From Rickettsiales bacterium (GTDB taxonomy: Bacteria; Pseudomonadota; Alphaproteobacteria; Rickettsiales; UBA3002), in contig JBBKVX010000009.1 in the NCBI GenBank assembly GCA_037968615.1, forward strand, positions 7,641 to 71,640: a stretch of 64,000 nt of DNA, written 5' to 3'. A model generated the notes under the pieces. That model saw nothing but the letters and a program-made list of their open reading frames with translations. It did no database searches and was not told the DNA's origin. Shown piece by piece: positions 47,001 to 56,540 of the stretch (positions within the stretch are counted from its first letter, which is position 1; every line of letters begins with the position of its first letter). The translations under genes and the position numbers were made by a program.

Positions 47001-48583
47001 TGGCTGAAATTTTGGCGGAAGAAATGATGGAACGGGCGATGCTGGCTCGACAGCGCGGCCAGCGGCGTATCGTCGCCCATCGAGCCGACGGCTTCTTTCG
47101 CCGTCATCGCCATCGGCATCAAAATCGCGTCCATTTCCTCAAGCGTATAGCCCGCGGCTTTCTGGCGCTGGCGTAGCACCAGCGCGTCGGGCGCGGGCGT
47201 GTCGGCCACGGTGGCGTCGCCGATGATGTCTTTTAGCTGCACTAATTTCTGCACCCAGTCGCCGTAGGGCTGCTCGGCGGCGAGGTAATCTTTCAGTTCG
47301 TGGTCGTGGTAAAGTTTGCCTTGGCCCAAATGCACGCCGATCATTTCTCCCGGCCCGAGGCGTCCGCGCTCCGCGATGTCGGCTTCTTCCACCGGAACCA
47401 TGCCGCTTTCCGAGGCGCAAATGAGCAGGCCACTATGGGTGATGGTGGTGCGCATCGGGCGGAGGCCGCCGCGATCCATGCCCGCGATCACCCATTCGCC
47501 ATCGGTGGCGGCGAGGGCGGCGGGGCCGTCCCACGGTTCGGAAATGCTGTTGCAGCAGGAGTAGAGGTCTTTATGCGCTTGCGGCAATTCGGGCATCATG
47601 CTCCATGCGGGCGGGATGAGAATCAATTTCGCCAACGGCAGCGCACGGCCCGCGCGGGTGAGGATTTCCATCACCGCATCGAGCGCGCCGGTGTCGGATG
47701 TATGTTCGGGAATCACCGGCACGAATTCGTCTTCCAGCCCTTCGAACACGGGCGAACGGAAGGTTGCCTCGTGGCTGCGCATGAAGTTCACGTTGCCCTT
47801 GAGCGTGTTAATTTCACCGTTATGCGCCAGCACGCGGAACGGCTGGGCGAGGTGCCATGCGGGCGCGGTGTTGGTGGAGAAACGCTGGTGGAACACCGCG
47901 AAATTCGAGATGAAGCGCGCATCGAGCAGGTCGGGATAGAACTCGGTGAGCTGCTCGGCCTTGAACAGGCCTTTGTAAATGATGCTGCGCGAGGAGAGCG
48001 AACAGATGTAGAAGCCGTTGATGGCGCTGGCACGCACCGCGCGTTCGATGCGGCGGCGAATGAGGTAAAGTTCGGCCTCGAAATCCTTAGTGCCGGGTTT
48101 GGCGGCGACGATGATTTGTTCGATCTCCGGGCGTGATTCGTTGGCGATGTCGCCGATCACTTCCGACATCACCGGCACTTGCCGCCAGCCATGAATGCGA
48201 TGGCCCATGCGCAGAATTTCGCTTTCCACGATGGCGCGGCAGCTTTCCTGCGCGCTGAAGTTTTTCTTCGGCAGGAATAACATGCCCACGGCCAGTTGTT
48301 CGTCCTTCAGGCGCTTGCCGATGGCTTCGATATGTTCGCGGAAAAACGCGTGCGGCAGTTGGATATGGATGCCCGCGCCGTCGCCGGTTTTGCCGTCCGC
48401 ATCCACTGCACCGCGATGCCAAACATTGCGCAAGCCCTCGATGGCTTTCTCGACGATTTCGCGGCGCGGCACGCCGTCGATGGCGGCGACGAGGCCGACG
48501 CCACAGGCATCGTGCTCGTCGGCGGGGGAGTAGAGCCCCTCGGCGGCCAGAGTGGCGGCGCGACTGTAGAAATCGTTGCTCAT
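44078..48583 (-). CDS. gltB: Glutamate synthase large subunit
   Basis: Start at ATG 48583 (MSNDFYSRAA...DEHDACGVGLVA, the Ntn amidotransferase Cys), in an ATGA overlap with the gltD stop. ~1500 aa with FMN and GXGXG domains (e.g. GNTVLYGATSG, VVEGCGSNGCEYMTGG). Confidence 0.95.
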   Translation of the reverse strand: MSNDFYSRAATLAAEGLYSPADEHDACGVGLVAAIDGVPRREIVEKAIEGLRNVWHRGAVDADGKTGDGAGIHIQLPHAFFREHIEAIGKRLKDEQLAVGMLFLPKKNFSAQESCRAIVESEILRMGHRIHGWRQVPVMSEVIGDIANESRPEIEQIIVAAKPGTKDFEAELYLIRRRIERAVRASAINGFYICSLSSRSIIYKGLFKAEQLTEFYPDLLDARFISNFAVFHQRFSTNTAPAWHLAQPFRVLAHNGEINTLKGNVNFMRSHEATFRSPVFEGLEDEFVPVIPEHTSDTGALDAVMEILTRAGRALPLAKLILIPPAWSMMPELPQAHKDLYSCCNSISEPWDGPAALAATDGEWVIAGMDRGGLRPMRTTITHSGLLICASESGMVPVEEADIAERGRLGPGEMIGVHLGQGKLYHDHELKDYLAAEQPYGDWVQKLVQLKDIIGDATVADTPAPDALVLRQRQKAAGYTLEEMDAILMPMAMTAKEAVGSMGDDTPLAALSSQHRPFHHFFRQNFSQVTNPPIDSLRERRVMSLYTRFGNDGNFLALDKSHSKILLAESPVLLGYELQALTRHFETRITYISTLFEIDSGEAGLRMALEKLVAEAERATREGKSFLVLTDKGISPQHATIPMILAVSAVQSHLVRQKLRKKASIIVRTSECYDVHALAVLIGAGATVVHPALAEESLRAAHAAGHMKDLTLAQALENYREAMNLGLLKIMAKMGISVVSSYRGGLNFEVIGLSRALVAEFFPGLPSRISGIGLGGIASRLRALHEAAFDPTASDALPVGGFYRARAARGEQHGWDGQAIHILQTAVTKGSYQTYRKFSETIAALPPIQLRDLLDFKFAATPIPIEDVEPITEIRKRFVAPAMSLGALSPEAHETLAIAMNRIGAQSNSGEGGEGAERYTPRENGDNANSGIKQIASGRFGVTARYLMSAKELQIKVAQGAKPGEGGQLPAFKVTVEIARLRHSTPGVTLISPPPHHDIYSIEDLAQLIYDLKQINPTALVSVKLVAQAGIGTIAAGVAKALADKIIIAGHSGGTGASAWSSLKFAGAPWEMGLAEANQVLTLNRLRHRVTLQTDGGLKTGRDIVIAALLGAEEYALGTAALVAMGCLMVRQCHSNTCPVGLTTQDDELRKKFEGTVEKVINLMSFVAEEVREILARLGARSIDEIIGRSDLLRQVNRGAEDMVDLDLNTLLSQADPGPHPRHSLRGFRNEVPDTLDKQMLEDATAALERAEKIQLAYNVRSTMRAIGTRLSSAVVARFAPNVLKEDHITLRLRGTAGQSLGAFLARGIRIELLGDANDYVGKGMSGGVIVIRPRPSSTLVPHEQTIIGNTVLYGATSGLLLASGQAGERFAVRNSGADAVVEGCGSNGCEYMTGGTVVVLGAIGYNFAAGMTGGMAFVYDPDGALPTHLNDETVVAQRLASVHWSGVLKALVERHYADTNSRIADQLLAAWDYESTHFWQVCPKEMLTRLAMPLTEAVAA

Positions 48584-49953
48584 GCCGCCGCCTTTTTCTG
48601 TGCCGTGATGTGGCGATGCATGGCGGCAGCGGCGTCGCGCCCGTCTTTGATGGCCCAAACCACCAGCGACGCGCCACGCACAATATCGCCCGCAGCAAAC
48701 ACGCCCGGCAGCGCCGTTTCGCCCTGCGCGGTGACGGCGATGGTGCCGTTCGGTGTGCAGGTGAGTTCGGGCTCGTTGAACAACGCGGGCAAATCTTCCG
48801 CCTCGAAACCAAGTGCGGTGATGACCATGTCGGCCTCAAGCGTCGCGATGTCGCCGGGAATGGCAACGGCATTTTGGCGGCCGCCCGCTTCGGCGGAGGT
48901 GAGACGCATGTTTTGCACTTCGATGCGGCCATCCTGAATGGCGTGCGGGGCGGAGAGCCAGCGGAACACTACGCCTTCTTCCTCGGCGTTCTGCACTTCG
49001 TGGGCGCTGCCGGGCATGTTGGCGCGGTCGCGGCGGTAAAGGCAGCTCACCGACGCGGCGTTCTGACGCACGGCGGTGCGCACGCAATCCATCGCGGTGT
49101 CGCCACCGCCGATGACCACTACATGTTTGCCTTCGGCGCTGATGAGCGGCGCGGCATCGCCCAGCCCATGGCGGTTGCTGCTGATGAGGAAATCGAGCGC
49201 AGGAATGGTGCTGCCCGCCAGATCCAGCGCACGCGGTTTGTACACGCCGGTGGCGATAAGCACCGCGCCATGTTTCTCGCGCAGCGACTGCATGGATACC
49301 GTGTCGCCCACCGCGGCGTTGAGATGGAAATGCACGCCCGCATCGCGCAGCAATTTCTCGCGGCGTGCCACCACCATTTTATCGAGCTTGAAATTGGGAA
49401 TGCCGTAGATAAGCAACCCGCCCACGCGGTCGTAGCGGTCGTAGACATGCACCTCGTGGCCGTAGCGACGCAGCATGTCGGCGGCGGCAAGGCCCGCAGG
49501 GCCCGCGCCGATGATGCCAACGCTGCTGCCGGTTGCCTGACGCGGCAGGCCGGGGGTGACCCAGCCTTCGGCGAAGGCTTTCTCGGTGATGTATTTCTCC
49601 ACCGCGCCGATGGTGACGGCGCCGAACCCGCGCTCGATCACGCAATTGCCTTCGCACAGCCGATCCTGCGGGCAGATGCGGCCACAGATTTCGGGGAAAT
49701 TATTGGTGGCGCTGGACACTTCGTACGCCTCGCGCAAGCGGCCCTCGGCGGCAAGGCGCAACCAATCGGGAATGTTGTTCTGAAGCGGGCAATGGATCTG
49801 GCAGAAGGGAACACCGCATTGCGAGCAGCGCGCGGCCTGTTCGGCATCGCCTTCCGGCCCGAAAAGCGCGGTGATTTCGTTGAAATCATGGATGCGCTGT
49901 TCCGCCGCTCGCTGGGCGGGGTAGTCCTGTTCTGTGTCGACAAAGCGCAGCAT
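48580..49953 (-). CDS. gltD: Glutamate synthase small subunit (NADPH)
   Basis: Fe-S cysteines CSQCGVPFCQIHCPLQNNIPDW...CGRICPQDRLCEGNC and dinucleotide folds VGIIGAGPAGLAAA and VVVIGGGDTAMDC. Confidence 0.95.
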   Translation of the reverse strand: MLRFVDTEQDYPAQRAAEQRIHDFNEITALFGPEGDAEQAARCSQCGVPFCQIHCPLQNNIPDWLRLAAEGRLREAYEVSSATNNFPEICGRICPQDRLCEGNCVIERGFGAVTIGAVEKYITEKAFAEGWVTPGLPRQATGSSVGIIGAGPAGLAAADMLRRYGHEVHVYDRYDRVGGLLIYGIPNFKLDKMVVARREKLLRDAGVHFHLNAAVGDTVSMQSLREKHGAVLIATGVYKPRALDLAGSTIPALDFLISSNRHGLGDAAPLISAEGKHVVVIGGGDTAMDCVRTAVRQNAASVSCLYRRDRANMPGSAHEVQNAEEEGVVFRWLSAPHAIQDGRIEVQNMRLTSAEAGGRQNAVAIPGDIATLEADMVITALGFEAEDLPALFNEPELTCTPNGTIAVTAQGETALPGVFAAGDIVRGASLVVWAIKDGRDAAAAMHRHITAQKKAAA

Positions 49954-50057
49954 GTTTCTTCCGCCTTCGCAGTGTGTTGACGGCGAGTATGACGTGGCGG
50001 GGCCAGCGGTTCAATTAAAATCGCTGCAATGCAACAGGACGGCTTGGGTACGGCGTT

Positions 50058-51713
50058 TTAAAGCGCAACGCTGTGGAAGCTGGCGATTTTCTCTCTCAGC
50101 TCCTCGGGCACGAAGGGTTTGGTGATGTAATCGTCCATGCCCGCCGAGATGCAGCGCTCGCGGTCGCCCAGCAATGCATGCGCCGTCATACCGATGATGG
50201 GCTGGCGCGGGAGGTCTTTTTCCGCTTCCAGTTCGCGCAGACGGGCGGTGGCTTCGTAGCCGTTCATGCCATGCATCTGCACGTCCATCAGCACCACCAC
50301 GTAGGGTTTCTGCTGCGCCATCTCCACGGCCTCGATGCCGTTGGTAGCCACATCGACGCTGTACCCAAAATCCTCAAGGAACGTGCGCGCCACCAGCACG
50401 TTGGGCACATGGTCTTCGACCAGCAGTACCAGCGCGTTCTCATGCGAGGGCGAAGCAACGCTGTTCGCCATGGCCGTTGCTTTGCCCACCGGCACGCTGC
50501 CTTCATCGGCGATTTCGAGTGGCACGATGACAGTGAACATCGAGCCTTCGCCCTGAACGCTTTCCACTTCGATGGTGCCGCCCATGATGCCCGCCAGCGT
50601 TTTGGTAATGGCCAGCCCAAGGCCTGTGCCGCCGTATTTGCGGTTGATGGAGGAATCCGCCTGCACGAATTTCTGGAAAATGGTCTCGAGTTTTTCGGGC
50701 GCGATGCCAATGCCGGTATCGCGCACGGCGATGCGCACTTCCTCGCGCCCATCGGCCAGCGTTTCGCAATCGAGGGTGATATGCACGCCGCCGGTTTCGG
50801 TGAATTTGAGCGCGTTGCTGCATAGGTTCAGCAGAATCTGGCGCAGCCGCATCGGGTCGCCGAGGAACACGCGGTTTTCAAGGTTGGGGCAGGCATGGTC
50901 GATGCTGAGTTCCAGCCCTTTTTCCTGCGCGCGCACGTTCATGATGCTTGCGGTCTCCTGCACCATTTGCAGCACCGAGAACGGCACATGTTCCAGCTCC
51001 ACTGTGCTGGCCTCGATTTTTGAAATATCCAGCAAATCGTTGATGAGGCTGAGCAGGGATTCGGCGCTCATCTGCAACGTCTGGATGAATTCGACCTGCT
51101 GTTTGGTCAGCGGTTCGCTCATGGCGAGAATACTGGCGAGCCCGATCACCGCGTTCATCGGCGTGCGAATCTCGTGGCTCATGTTAGCGAGGAACTCATC
51201 CTTGCGGCGGTCGGCCTCCTTCAGGGCGGTGGCGTATTGGCGGCTTTCTTCCAGCAGGCGGGCGTTCTCTTCAGCTGAAATTTGCAATTCATCGCGTTGG
51301 CGAATCAGCACACGTTGCTGACGGGCGAGGGCAAAGAACACACTGGCCTTGCTGCGCAGGATATCCGGCTCGATCGGTTTCTGTAGGAAATCCACTGCGC
51401 CGGCTTCGTAGCCGCGGAAACGCCGCTGGTGATCGCTGTTGCCAGCGGTGAGGAATATAATGGGCACGCGTTGAGTGCGCTCGGTGCCGCGCATCAGCTC
51501 GGCCAGCTCAAACCCGTCCATGCCCGGCATCTGCACATCCAGCAGCGCCAGCGCGATGTCGTGCGTCAGCAATAGTTCCAACGCCTCGTGGCCGGAGCGC
51601 GCTTTCAGCAGCGTCACATGTTCCTGCCGCAGTAATGCGTCGAGTGATAGCAGGTTTTCTTCCAGGTCATCGACAAGGAGGCAATAGACTTGCTCGGTCA
51701 GTAAGTTTTTCAT
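50058..51713 (-). CDS. Hybrid histidine kinase with REC-HisKA-HATPase_c-REC architecture
   Basis: N-terminal REC CLLVDDLEENL...LLDVQMPGMDGF, H-box [17 protein letters not shown]-boxes DTGIGI and GGTGLGLAI, C-terminal REC VLLVEDHVPN...LMDVQMHGMNGY...KP. Confidence 0.9.
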   Translation of the reverse strand: MKNLLTEQVYCLLVDDLEENLLSLDALLRQEHVTLLKARSGHEALELLLTHDIALALLDVQMPGMDGFELAELMRGTERTQRVPIIFLTAGNSDHQRRFRGYEAGAVDFLQKPIEPDILRSKASVFFALARQQRVLIRQRDELQISAEENARLLEESRQYATALKEADRRKDEFLANMSHEIRTPMNAVIGLASILAMSEPLTKQQVEFIQTLQMSAESLLSLINDLLDISKIEASTVELEHVPFSVLQMVQETASIMNVRAQEKGLELSIDHACPNLENRVFLGDPMRLRQILLNLCSNALKFTETGGVHITLDCETLADGREEVRIAVRDTGIGIAPEKLETIFQKFVQADSSINRKYGGTGLGLAITKTLAGIMGGTIEVESVQGEGSMFTVIVPLEIADEGSVPVGKATAMANSVASPSHENALVLLVEDHVPNVLVARTFLEDFGYSVDVATNGIEAVEMAQQKPYVVVLMDVQMHGMNGYEATARLRELEAEKDLPRQPIIGMTAHALLGDRERCISAGMDDYITKPFVPEELREKIASFHSVAL

Positions 51714-52285
51714 ACCGCCTCCGGATTTTTAAGGAAATCGCTGATGGCTGAAATGGAGAGTGCGGTGGCGGTGGGGCAGAGGTCGAGTGCGGCCTGCGGC
51801 ATCGCCGAGGCATAGGCGGTGGAGGGCAATTGAACCAGCCCCGTGCCACCCTCCGCGAGGATGGTTTGCAGGCCTTTGGCGCCATCGCTGTTGGCGCCAG
51901 TAAGCACCACGCCGATGAGTTGCGCGCCATAGGCATCGGCGGCGGTCTCGAACAGTACGTCGATGGAGGGGCGTGAATATTGCACCTCTTCTTCGCTCGA
52001 AAGCGACAGGCGTTTGTCGGGCTCCACCAGCACATGGTAGTTCGGCGGGGCGAGGTACACGGTGCCGGGCTGGATGGTTTCTTTATCCTCCACCTCGCGC
52101 ACGGGCAGGGCGCATTTGGCCTGCAGCAATTCGGCGAGCAGGCTGTTCTTATCGGGCGGAATATGCACCACGATGATGACGGCCAGCGGCAAATCTTTTG
52201 GAAGCGCGGGCAACAGCGCCGAAAGCGCTTCCAGTGCTCCCGCCGACGCGCCGACCACGACTGCTTCAAAACGTGAGGCGCTCAT
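51710..52285 (-). CDS. cheB: CheB-type methylesterase, catalytic domain only (no receiver)
   Basis: 191 aa; VVVGASAGALEALSALLPALPKDLPLAVIIVVHIP...YLAPPNYHV. 4-nt overlaps on both sides. Confidence 0.85.
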   Translation of the reverse strand: MSASRFEAVVVGASAGALEALSALLPALPKDLPLAVIIVVHIPPDKNSLLAELLQAKCALPVREVEDKETIQPGTVYLAPPNYHVLVEPDKRLSLSSEEEVQYSRPSIDVLFETAADAYGAQLIGVVLTGANSDGAKGLQTILAEGGTGLVQLPSTAYASAMPQAALDLCPTATALSISAISDFLKNPEAV

Positions 52286-53106
52286 GCGATCCCCCGTTTC
52301 TGGTAGATACGCTCTTCGCGTACGAAGTCGTCGAACGAATCTGCATCGCGCGTGAAACGGATGTTTTCTTTCGAGCCGAGGCCGAGAAACCCTTTATGGC
52401 CCAGCGCGTCTTTGAACAGGCCGATGGCGCGGTCTTGCAGCTCGCGGTCGAAATAGATCAGCACATTGCGGCAGGATATCAGCTGCATTTCCGCGAACAC
52501 GGCGTCTGTCACCAAACTGTGATCGGAGAAAACCACGTTGCGGCGTAGGCTGGCATCCAGCGAGGCTGCGCCATAGGCGGCGGTGTAGTAATCCGAGAGC
52601 GACGATTTGCCGCCGGATTTCTGGTGATTCTCGGTGAACAGTTGAATGCGGTCGAGCGCGTAGACCCCGGCCTCGGCGCGTTTGAGGGCGTCGGGGTTGA
52701 TGTCGGTGGCGTAGAACAGGGTGCGGTCTTCCAGCCCTTCTTCGCGGAACAGGATGACCAGCGAGTAGAGTTCCTCGCCGCTGCTGCAGCCCGCGATCCA
52801 CACTTTGAGCGACGGGTAGGTGCGCAGATGCGGCAGCACCTTTTCGCGCAATGCGCGGAAGTAGCTGGGGTCGCGGAACATCTCGCTCACCTGCACCGTC
52901 AGGAACCCGAGCAGCTCGGGAATCAGGTGCGAGTTATGCAGGATGAGGTCTTGAAGTTGCGAGTAGCTTTTGCAGTTGAAATGGTCTTTCGCCTGCCGCA
53001 AACGGCGCTTCACCGACGCCATGGAGTAGCCGCGGAAATCGTAGTGGTACTTGAGGAAAAGCGCTTCCAGCAACAACCGCAGTTCAATGTCATCGGTTTT
53101 TGGCAT
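52282..53106 (-). CDS. cheR: CheR-type SAM-dependent protein-glutamate methyltransferase
   Basis: YDFRGYSMASVKRRL..., SEMFRDPSYF, LKVWIAGCSSGEELYSLVILF, VFSDHSL...ISCRNVLIYF. Confidence 0.9.
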   Translation of the reverse strand: MPKTDDIELRLLLEALFLKYHYDFRGYSMASVKRRLRQAKDHFNCKSYSQLQDLILHNSHLIPELLGFLTVQVSEMFRDPSYFRALREKVLPHLRTYPSLKVWIAGCSSGEELYSLVILFREEGLEDRTLFYATDINPDALKRAEAGVYALDRIQLFTENHQKSGGKSSLSDYYTAAYGAASLDASLRRNVVFSDHSLVTDAVFAEMQLISCRNVLIYFDRELQDRAIGLFKDALGHKGFLGLGSKENIRFTRDADSFDDFVREERIYQKRGIA

Positions 53107-56100
53107 CAGCGGGGCATCCAGACACGCACCAGCGACAGAAGTTTTTCGACATCCAGCGGTTTGGCCATGTAATCGTTGGCGCCTGCTTCAAGGCAGCGTT
53201 CCTGGTCGTCGCGCATCGCTTTGGCGGTGAGCATGATGATGGGAAGTTTCTTCCATTCGCGCTCCTTACGAAGCGCGCGCGTGGCCGTCAGCCCGTCCAT
53301 TTCCGGCATCATCACATCCATCAGCACCAGGTCGATGGCGGTGGCGGCGCTGCTTTTGGTTTTCTCCATCAGTTCCAGCGCCTCACGGCCATTTCGGGCG
53401 ATCTGCACCTGCACGCCATGCGGCTCCAGAATGCTGGTGAGGGCATAGACGTTGCGGATGTCGTCCTCCACGATCAGGATGCGGCGGCCTTCCAGTACCG
53501 CGTCGCGGTTGCGGGCCTTCTCGATCATCTTCTGTTTATCGGGCGCCATTTCCGACACCACTTGGTGCAGGAACAGGCTCACTTCATCCAGCAAACGCTC
53601 CGGCGATTTCGCGCCCTTGATGATGATGGATTTGGAATAGCGACGCAGTTTCTGTTCGTCGGCGGCTTTCAAATCGCGTCCGGTATACACGATCACCGGC
53701 GGGAAGGAGTAGCTGTCTTCTTTACTGAGGGTCTCGAGCAGGTCGTAGCCCGACGTATCGGGCAGCGTAAGATCGAGCACCATGCAATCGAAGGTCGATT
53801 CCTTGAGCATGGCGAGGCATTCGGCGGCGGTGCCGACGGCGACGGTCTCTACGTCGCGCGTGGCCAGCAGCTTGCGCACGCTTTCGCGCTGCACCTCGTC
53901 GTCCTCGACGATCAGTACGCGGCGCAGGCGCTGCGAAAGTTTTGTCTCCAGTTTCTTCAGCGCGTCGGACAGCTCCTCGCGCTTCACGGGCTTCACCATA
54001 TAACCCACGGCGCCGAGCGACATGGCGGTTTGCGCGTAATCGCCCGCCGACACCACATGCACCGGAATATGGCGTGTGCGCGGGTCGCGCTTCAGGCGGT
54101 CGAGCACCGAGAGGCCGGAATTATCGGGCAGCCCCACATCCAGCACCACGGCGCTGGGCATGTATTGCCGCGCCACCACCAGCGCTTCTTCCGCCGTGCT
54201 GGCGATGAGGCATTGGAACTCCAGCTCATGCGCGAGGTCGTAGAGAATGCGCGCGAAGGATTCGTCGTCCTCCACCACCAGCAGCACGCGGCGGTTGCCG
54301 GCCAGAAGCTCTCGGTCGTCCTCGATGCGACGGATGGCGACATGCGGTGTCGTGGCCTGCGGTTCTGGCGTTTTCTCAGGCGCGCGCAGGATGGTCGCGT
54401 CGCGCTGCTGCACGTTCTGCGCACTGTAGATGGCGGGGATGAGGACGGTGAATACGCTGCCTTTACCCGGTTCACTGGTCAACTCGATATGGCCGCCCAG
54501 CAGGCGGGCCAGCTCGCGCGAGATGGATAGCCCAAGCCCCGTGCCGCCGTATTTGCGGTTGATGGTGCCGTCGGCTTGGCGGAACGCATCGAACACCGAT
54601 TGCTGCTGCTGCGGGTTGATGCCGATGCCGGTGTCGCGCACGGCGAAGGAAATCTTGCCCTCCTGCGGCGCGCTGACCTGCATGGTGATGCTGCCTTTTT
54701 CCGTGAACTTGAACGCGTTCGACAGCAGGTTCTTGAGGATCTGCTCCAACCGCTGGCGATCGGTCTCGATGAGGTCCGGACAGGTGGGGTCGAGCATGAT
54801 CTTGAATTCCAGATTCTTCTGCTCGGCGAACGGCTCGAACACGCGCGTCAGATCGGCCACCAGCCGCTTCATCGGCAGCGATTCGGAGCGCACTTCCATA
54901 TGCCCTGCCTCGATCTTCGATAGGTCGAGAATATCGTTGATGAGCGCCAATAAATCGTTGCCCGACGACTGGATGGTCTGCGCGTATTTCACCTGTTCCT
55001 CGCTGAGGTTGCCTTGGCTGTTATCGGCCAGCAGCTTGGCGAGGATGAGCGACGAGTTGAGCGGCGTGCGCAGTTCGTGCGACATGTTGGCGAGGAAGTC
55101 GGATTTGTATTGGCTGGCCTGTTCCAGCTCTTCCGCCTTCAACTGCACGCTGTTCTTGGCGCGCGTCACTTCGTCGCGCTGCACTTCCAAAAGTTGCGTT
55201 TGTTCTTCCAACTGCGCGTTGGTCTGCTCCATTTCCGCCTGTTGTTGCTCCAGCCGCACCTGCGATTCTTTCAGCGCGTTGCTTTGCTCTTCCAACTCCT
55301 CGTTCGACACTTTCAGCTCTTCGCTTTGCGCCTGAAGCTCTTCGGTCTGGCGTTGGGTCTCTTCCAGCAGGTTTTGCAATTCGGCACGATAGGTGGCCGA
55401 GCGCATGGCCACGCCAATCGATTCGGCGGCCATTTTCAGAAGTTCCAGCGACAGTGGATCGACGGGATGCACAAAGCCCAGCTCGATGACGGTGTTCACC
55501 GCATTATCCGCCGTGCCCGGGGTGATAAGCAGGTGGCGCGGGTTGCCTTTGCCCAGCGCCGAACCCACGGTGAGGTAGTTGTCGGGCACTTCGTTGATCA
55601 TCACCGTGCGCGCGTCCTTCACCACTTGGCCGAGCAACCCATCGCCCGCCTTGAACTGTGTCGGAATGTTATTGTCTGCGGGCACGCCGTAGGTGGCGAT
55701 GCGTGAAAACACGCCGCTTTGCTGTGCAAAAATGGCACCGGCATGGGCATCGAAATATTCCGCGAGGAAGCTGAGGATATTTTCGCCAAGCTTCTCGATG
55801 CGTTGCTCGCCGACCAGCGCGTTGCTGAGCCCAACTTGTCCGGTCTGCAGCCATTCCTGCCGCTGCCGTGCCAGCATCGAGCGGCGAAGCAGATGCGCCA
55901 CCGCCAGCGACAGAAGCACGCCACACAGGCCCGTCAAAATGCCGCTGATGACCGCGACGCGGTAGGCCTTGTTCGTTTCCGAAAGCCGTTGCGTGCGAAT
56001 GTCCTGCTGTTCCTGCTGCATCACGATCACGATGCTGCGGACTGCGTCCATTTCCTTTTTGCCGCGATCGGTCTCCACAACTTTAAGCGCCGCTTGAAGC

Positions 56101-56540
56101 CCTTGGGTGCGACGCAAATCAATGGTCTCGCGCAGTTCGTCCATTTTGGCGTCGACACGCGGACGTAAGGTTTTCAACCGCTCATGCTGGTCTGCATTCG
56201 CGGAGGTTAGTTTTTCAAGGGTCTCGAATTCCGTTTCAATGCGCGGGATGGCGACTGTGTAAGGGCGCAGATATTTATCGTCGCCGGTCAGCATGTAGCC
56301 GCGTTGGCCGGTCTCGGCGTCTTTCATGGCGCCCATCACATTGCTTAGCCCCGTGATGACCTCGTGCGTGAGGGCCACTTGCTGCGCGTTGCGGCTCAAT
56401 GTGCGTGTGTTGAGGTACGAGATGAACCCGCTGGCGATAAAGAACAGCAATACGGCACCAAGGCCCGCCAGAACGCTGATGTCATACGTGGCGCGGCGGC
56501 TCGGGGCGCGGACGCGGGAAACAGTGTCGCTCATGCTCAA
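53106..56540 (-). CDS. Hybrid sensor kinase: CHASE3, TM, GAF, long E/Q-rich coiled coil, HisKA, HATPase_c and three REC domains
   Basis: CHASE3 (LTHEVITGLSNVMGAMKDAETGQRGYMLTGDDKYLRPY), GAF (AGAIFAQQ...GDGLLGQVV...), H-box [16 protein letters not shown]-boxes DTGIGI and GGTGLGLSI. Three receivers begin VLLVVEDDE, VLIVEDDE and ILIVEDDI. Confidence 0.9.
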   Translation of the reverse strand: MSMSDTVSRVRAPSRRATYDISVLAGLGAVLLFFIASGFISYLNTRTLSRNAQQVALTHEVITGLSNVMGAMKDAETGQRGYMLTGDDKYLRPYTVAIPRIETEFETLEKLTSANADQHERLKTLRPRVDAKMDELRETIDLRRTQGLQAALKVVETDRGKKEMDAVRSIVIVMQQEQQDIRTQRLSETNKAYRVAVISGILTGLCGVLLSLAVAHLLRRSMLARQRQEWLQTGQVGLSNALVGEQRIEKLGENILSFLAEYFDAHAGAIFAQQSGVFSRIATYGVPADNNIPTQFKAGDGLLGQVVKDARTVMINEVPDNYLTVGSALGKGNPRHLLITPGTADNAVNTVIELGFVHPVDPLSLELLKMAAESIGVAMRSATYRAELQNLLEETQRQTEELQAQSEELKVSNEELEEQSNALKESQVRLEQQQAEMEQTNAQLEEQTQLLEVQRDEVTRAKNSVQLKAEELEQASQYKSDFLANMSHELRTPLNSSLILAKLLADNSQGNLSEEQVKYAQTIQSSGNDLLALINDILDLSKIEAGHMEVRSESLPMKRLVADLTRVFEPFAEQKNLEFKIMLDPTCPDLIETDRQRLEQILKNLLSNAFKFTEKGSITMQVSAPQEGKISFAVRDTGIGINPQQQQSVFDAFRQADGTINRKYGGTGLGLSISRELARLLGGHIELTSEPGKGSVFTVLIPAIYSAQNVQQRDATILRAPEKTPEPQATTPHVAIRRIEDDRELLAGNRRVLLVVEDDESFARILYDLAHELEFQCLIASTAEEALVVARQYMPSAVVLDVGLPDNSGLSVLDRLKRDPRTRHIPVHVVSAGDYAQTAMSLGAVGYMVKPVKREELSDALKKLETKLSQRLRRVLIVEDDEVQRESVRKLLATRDVETVAVGTAAECLAMLKESTFDCMVLDLTLPDTSGYDLLETLSKEDSYSFPPVIVYTGRDLKAADEQKLRRYSKSIIIKGAKSPERLLDEVSLFLHQVVSEMAPDKQKMIEKARNRDAVLEGRRILIVEDDIRNVYALTSILEPHGVQVQIARNGREALELMEKTKSSAATAIDLVLMDVMMPEMDGLTATRALRKEREWKKLPIIMLTAKAMRDDQERCLEAGANDYMAKPLDVEKLLSLVRVWMPR

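Noticed and set aside
44078-49953. gltD placed upstream of gltB (the reverse of the E. coli order)
   Set aside because: As far as I recall, this order is the normal arrangement in Azospirillum-type alphaproteobacteria. I do not regard it as unusual.
49954-50057. Possible sigma54 (TGGCAC-N5-TTGCA) promoter or palindrome (tgcattgca) upstream of gltD
   Set aside because: There is only a partial TTGCA and a short palindrome. The GG/GC elements are not at the correct spacing.
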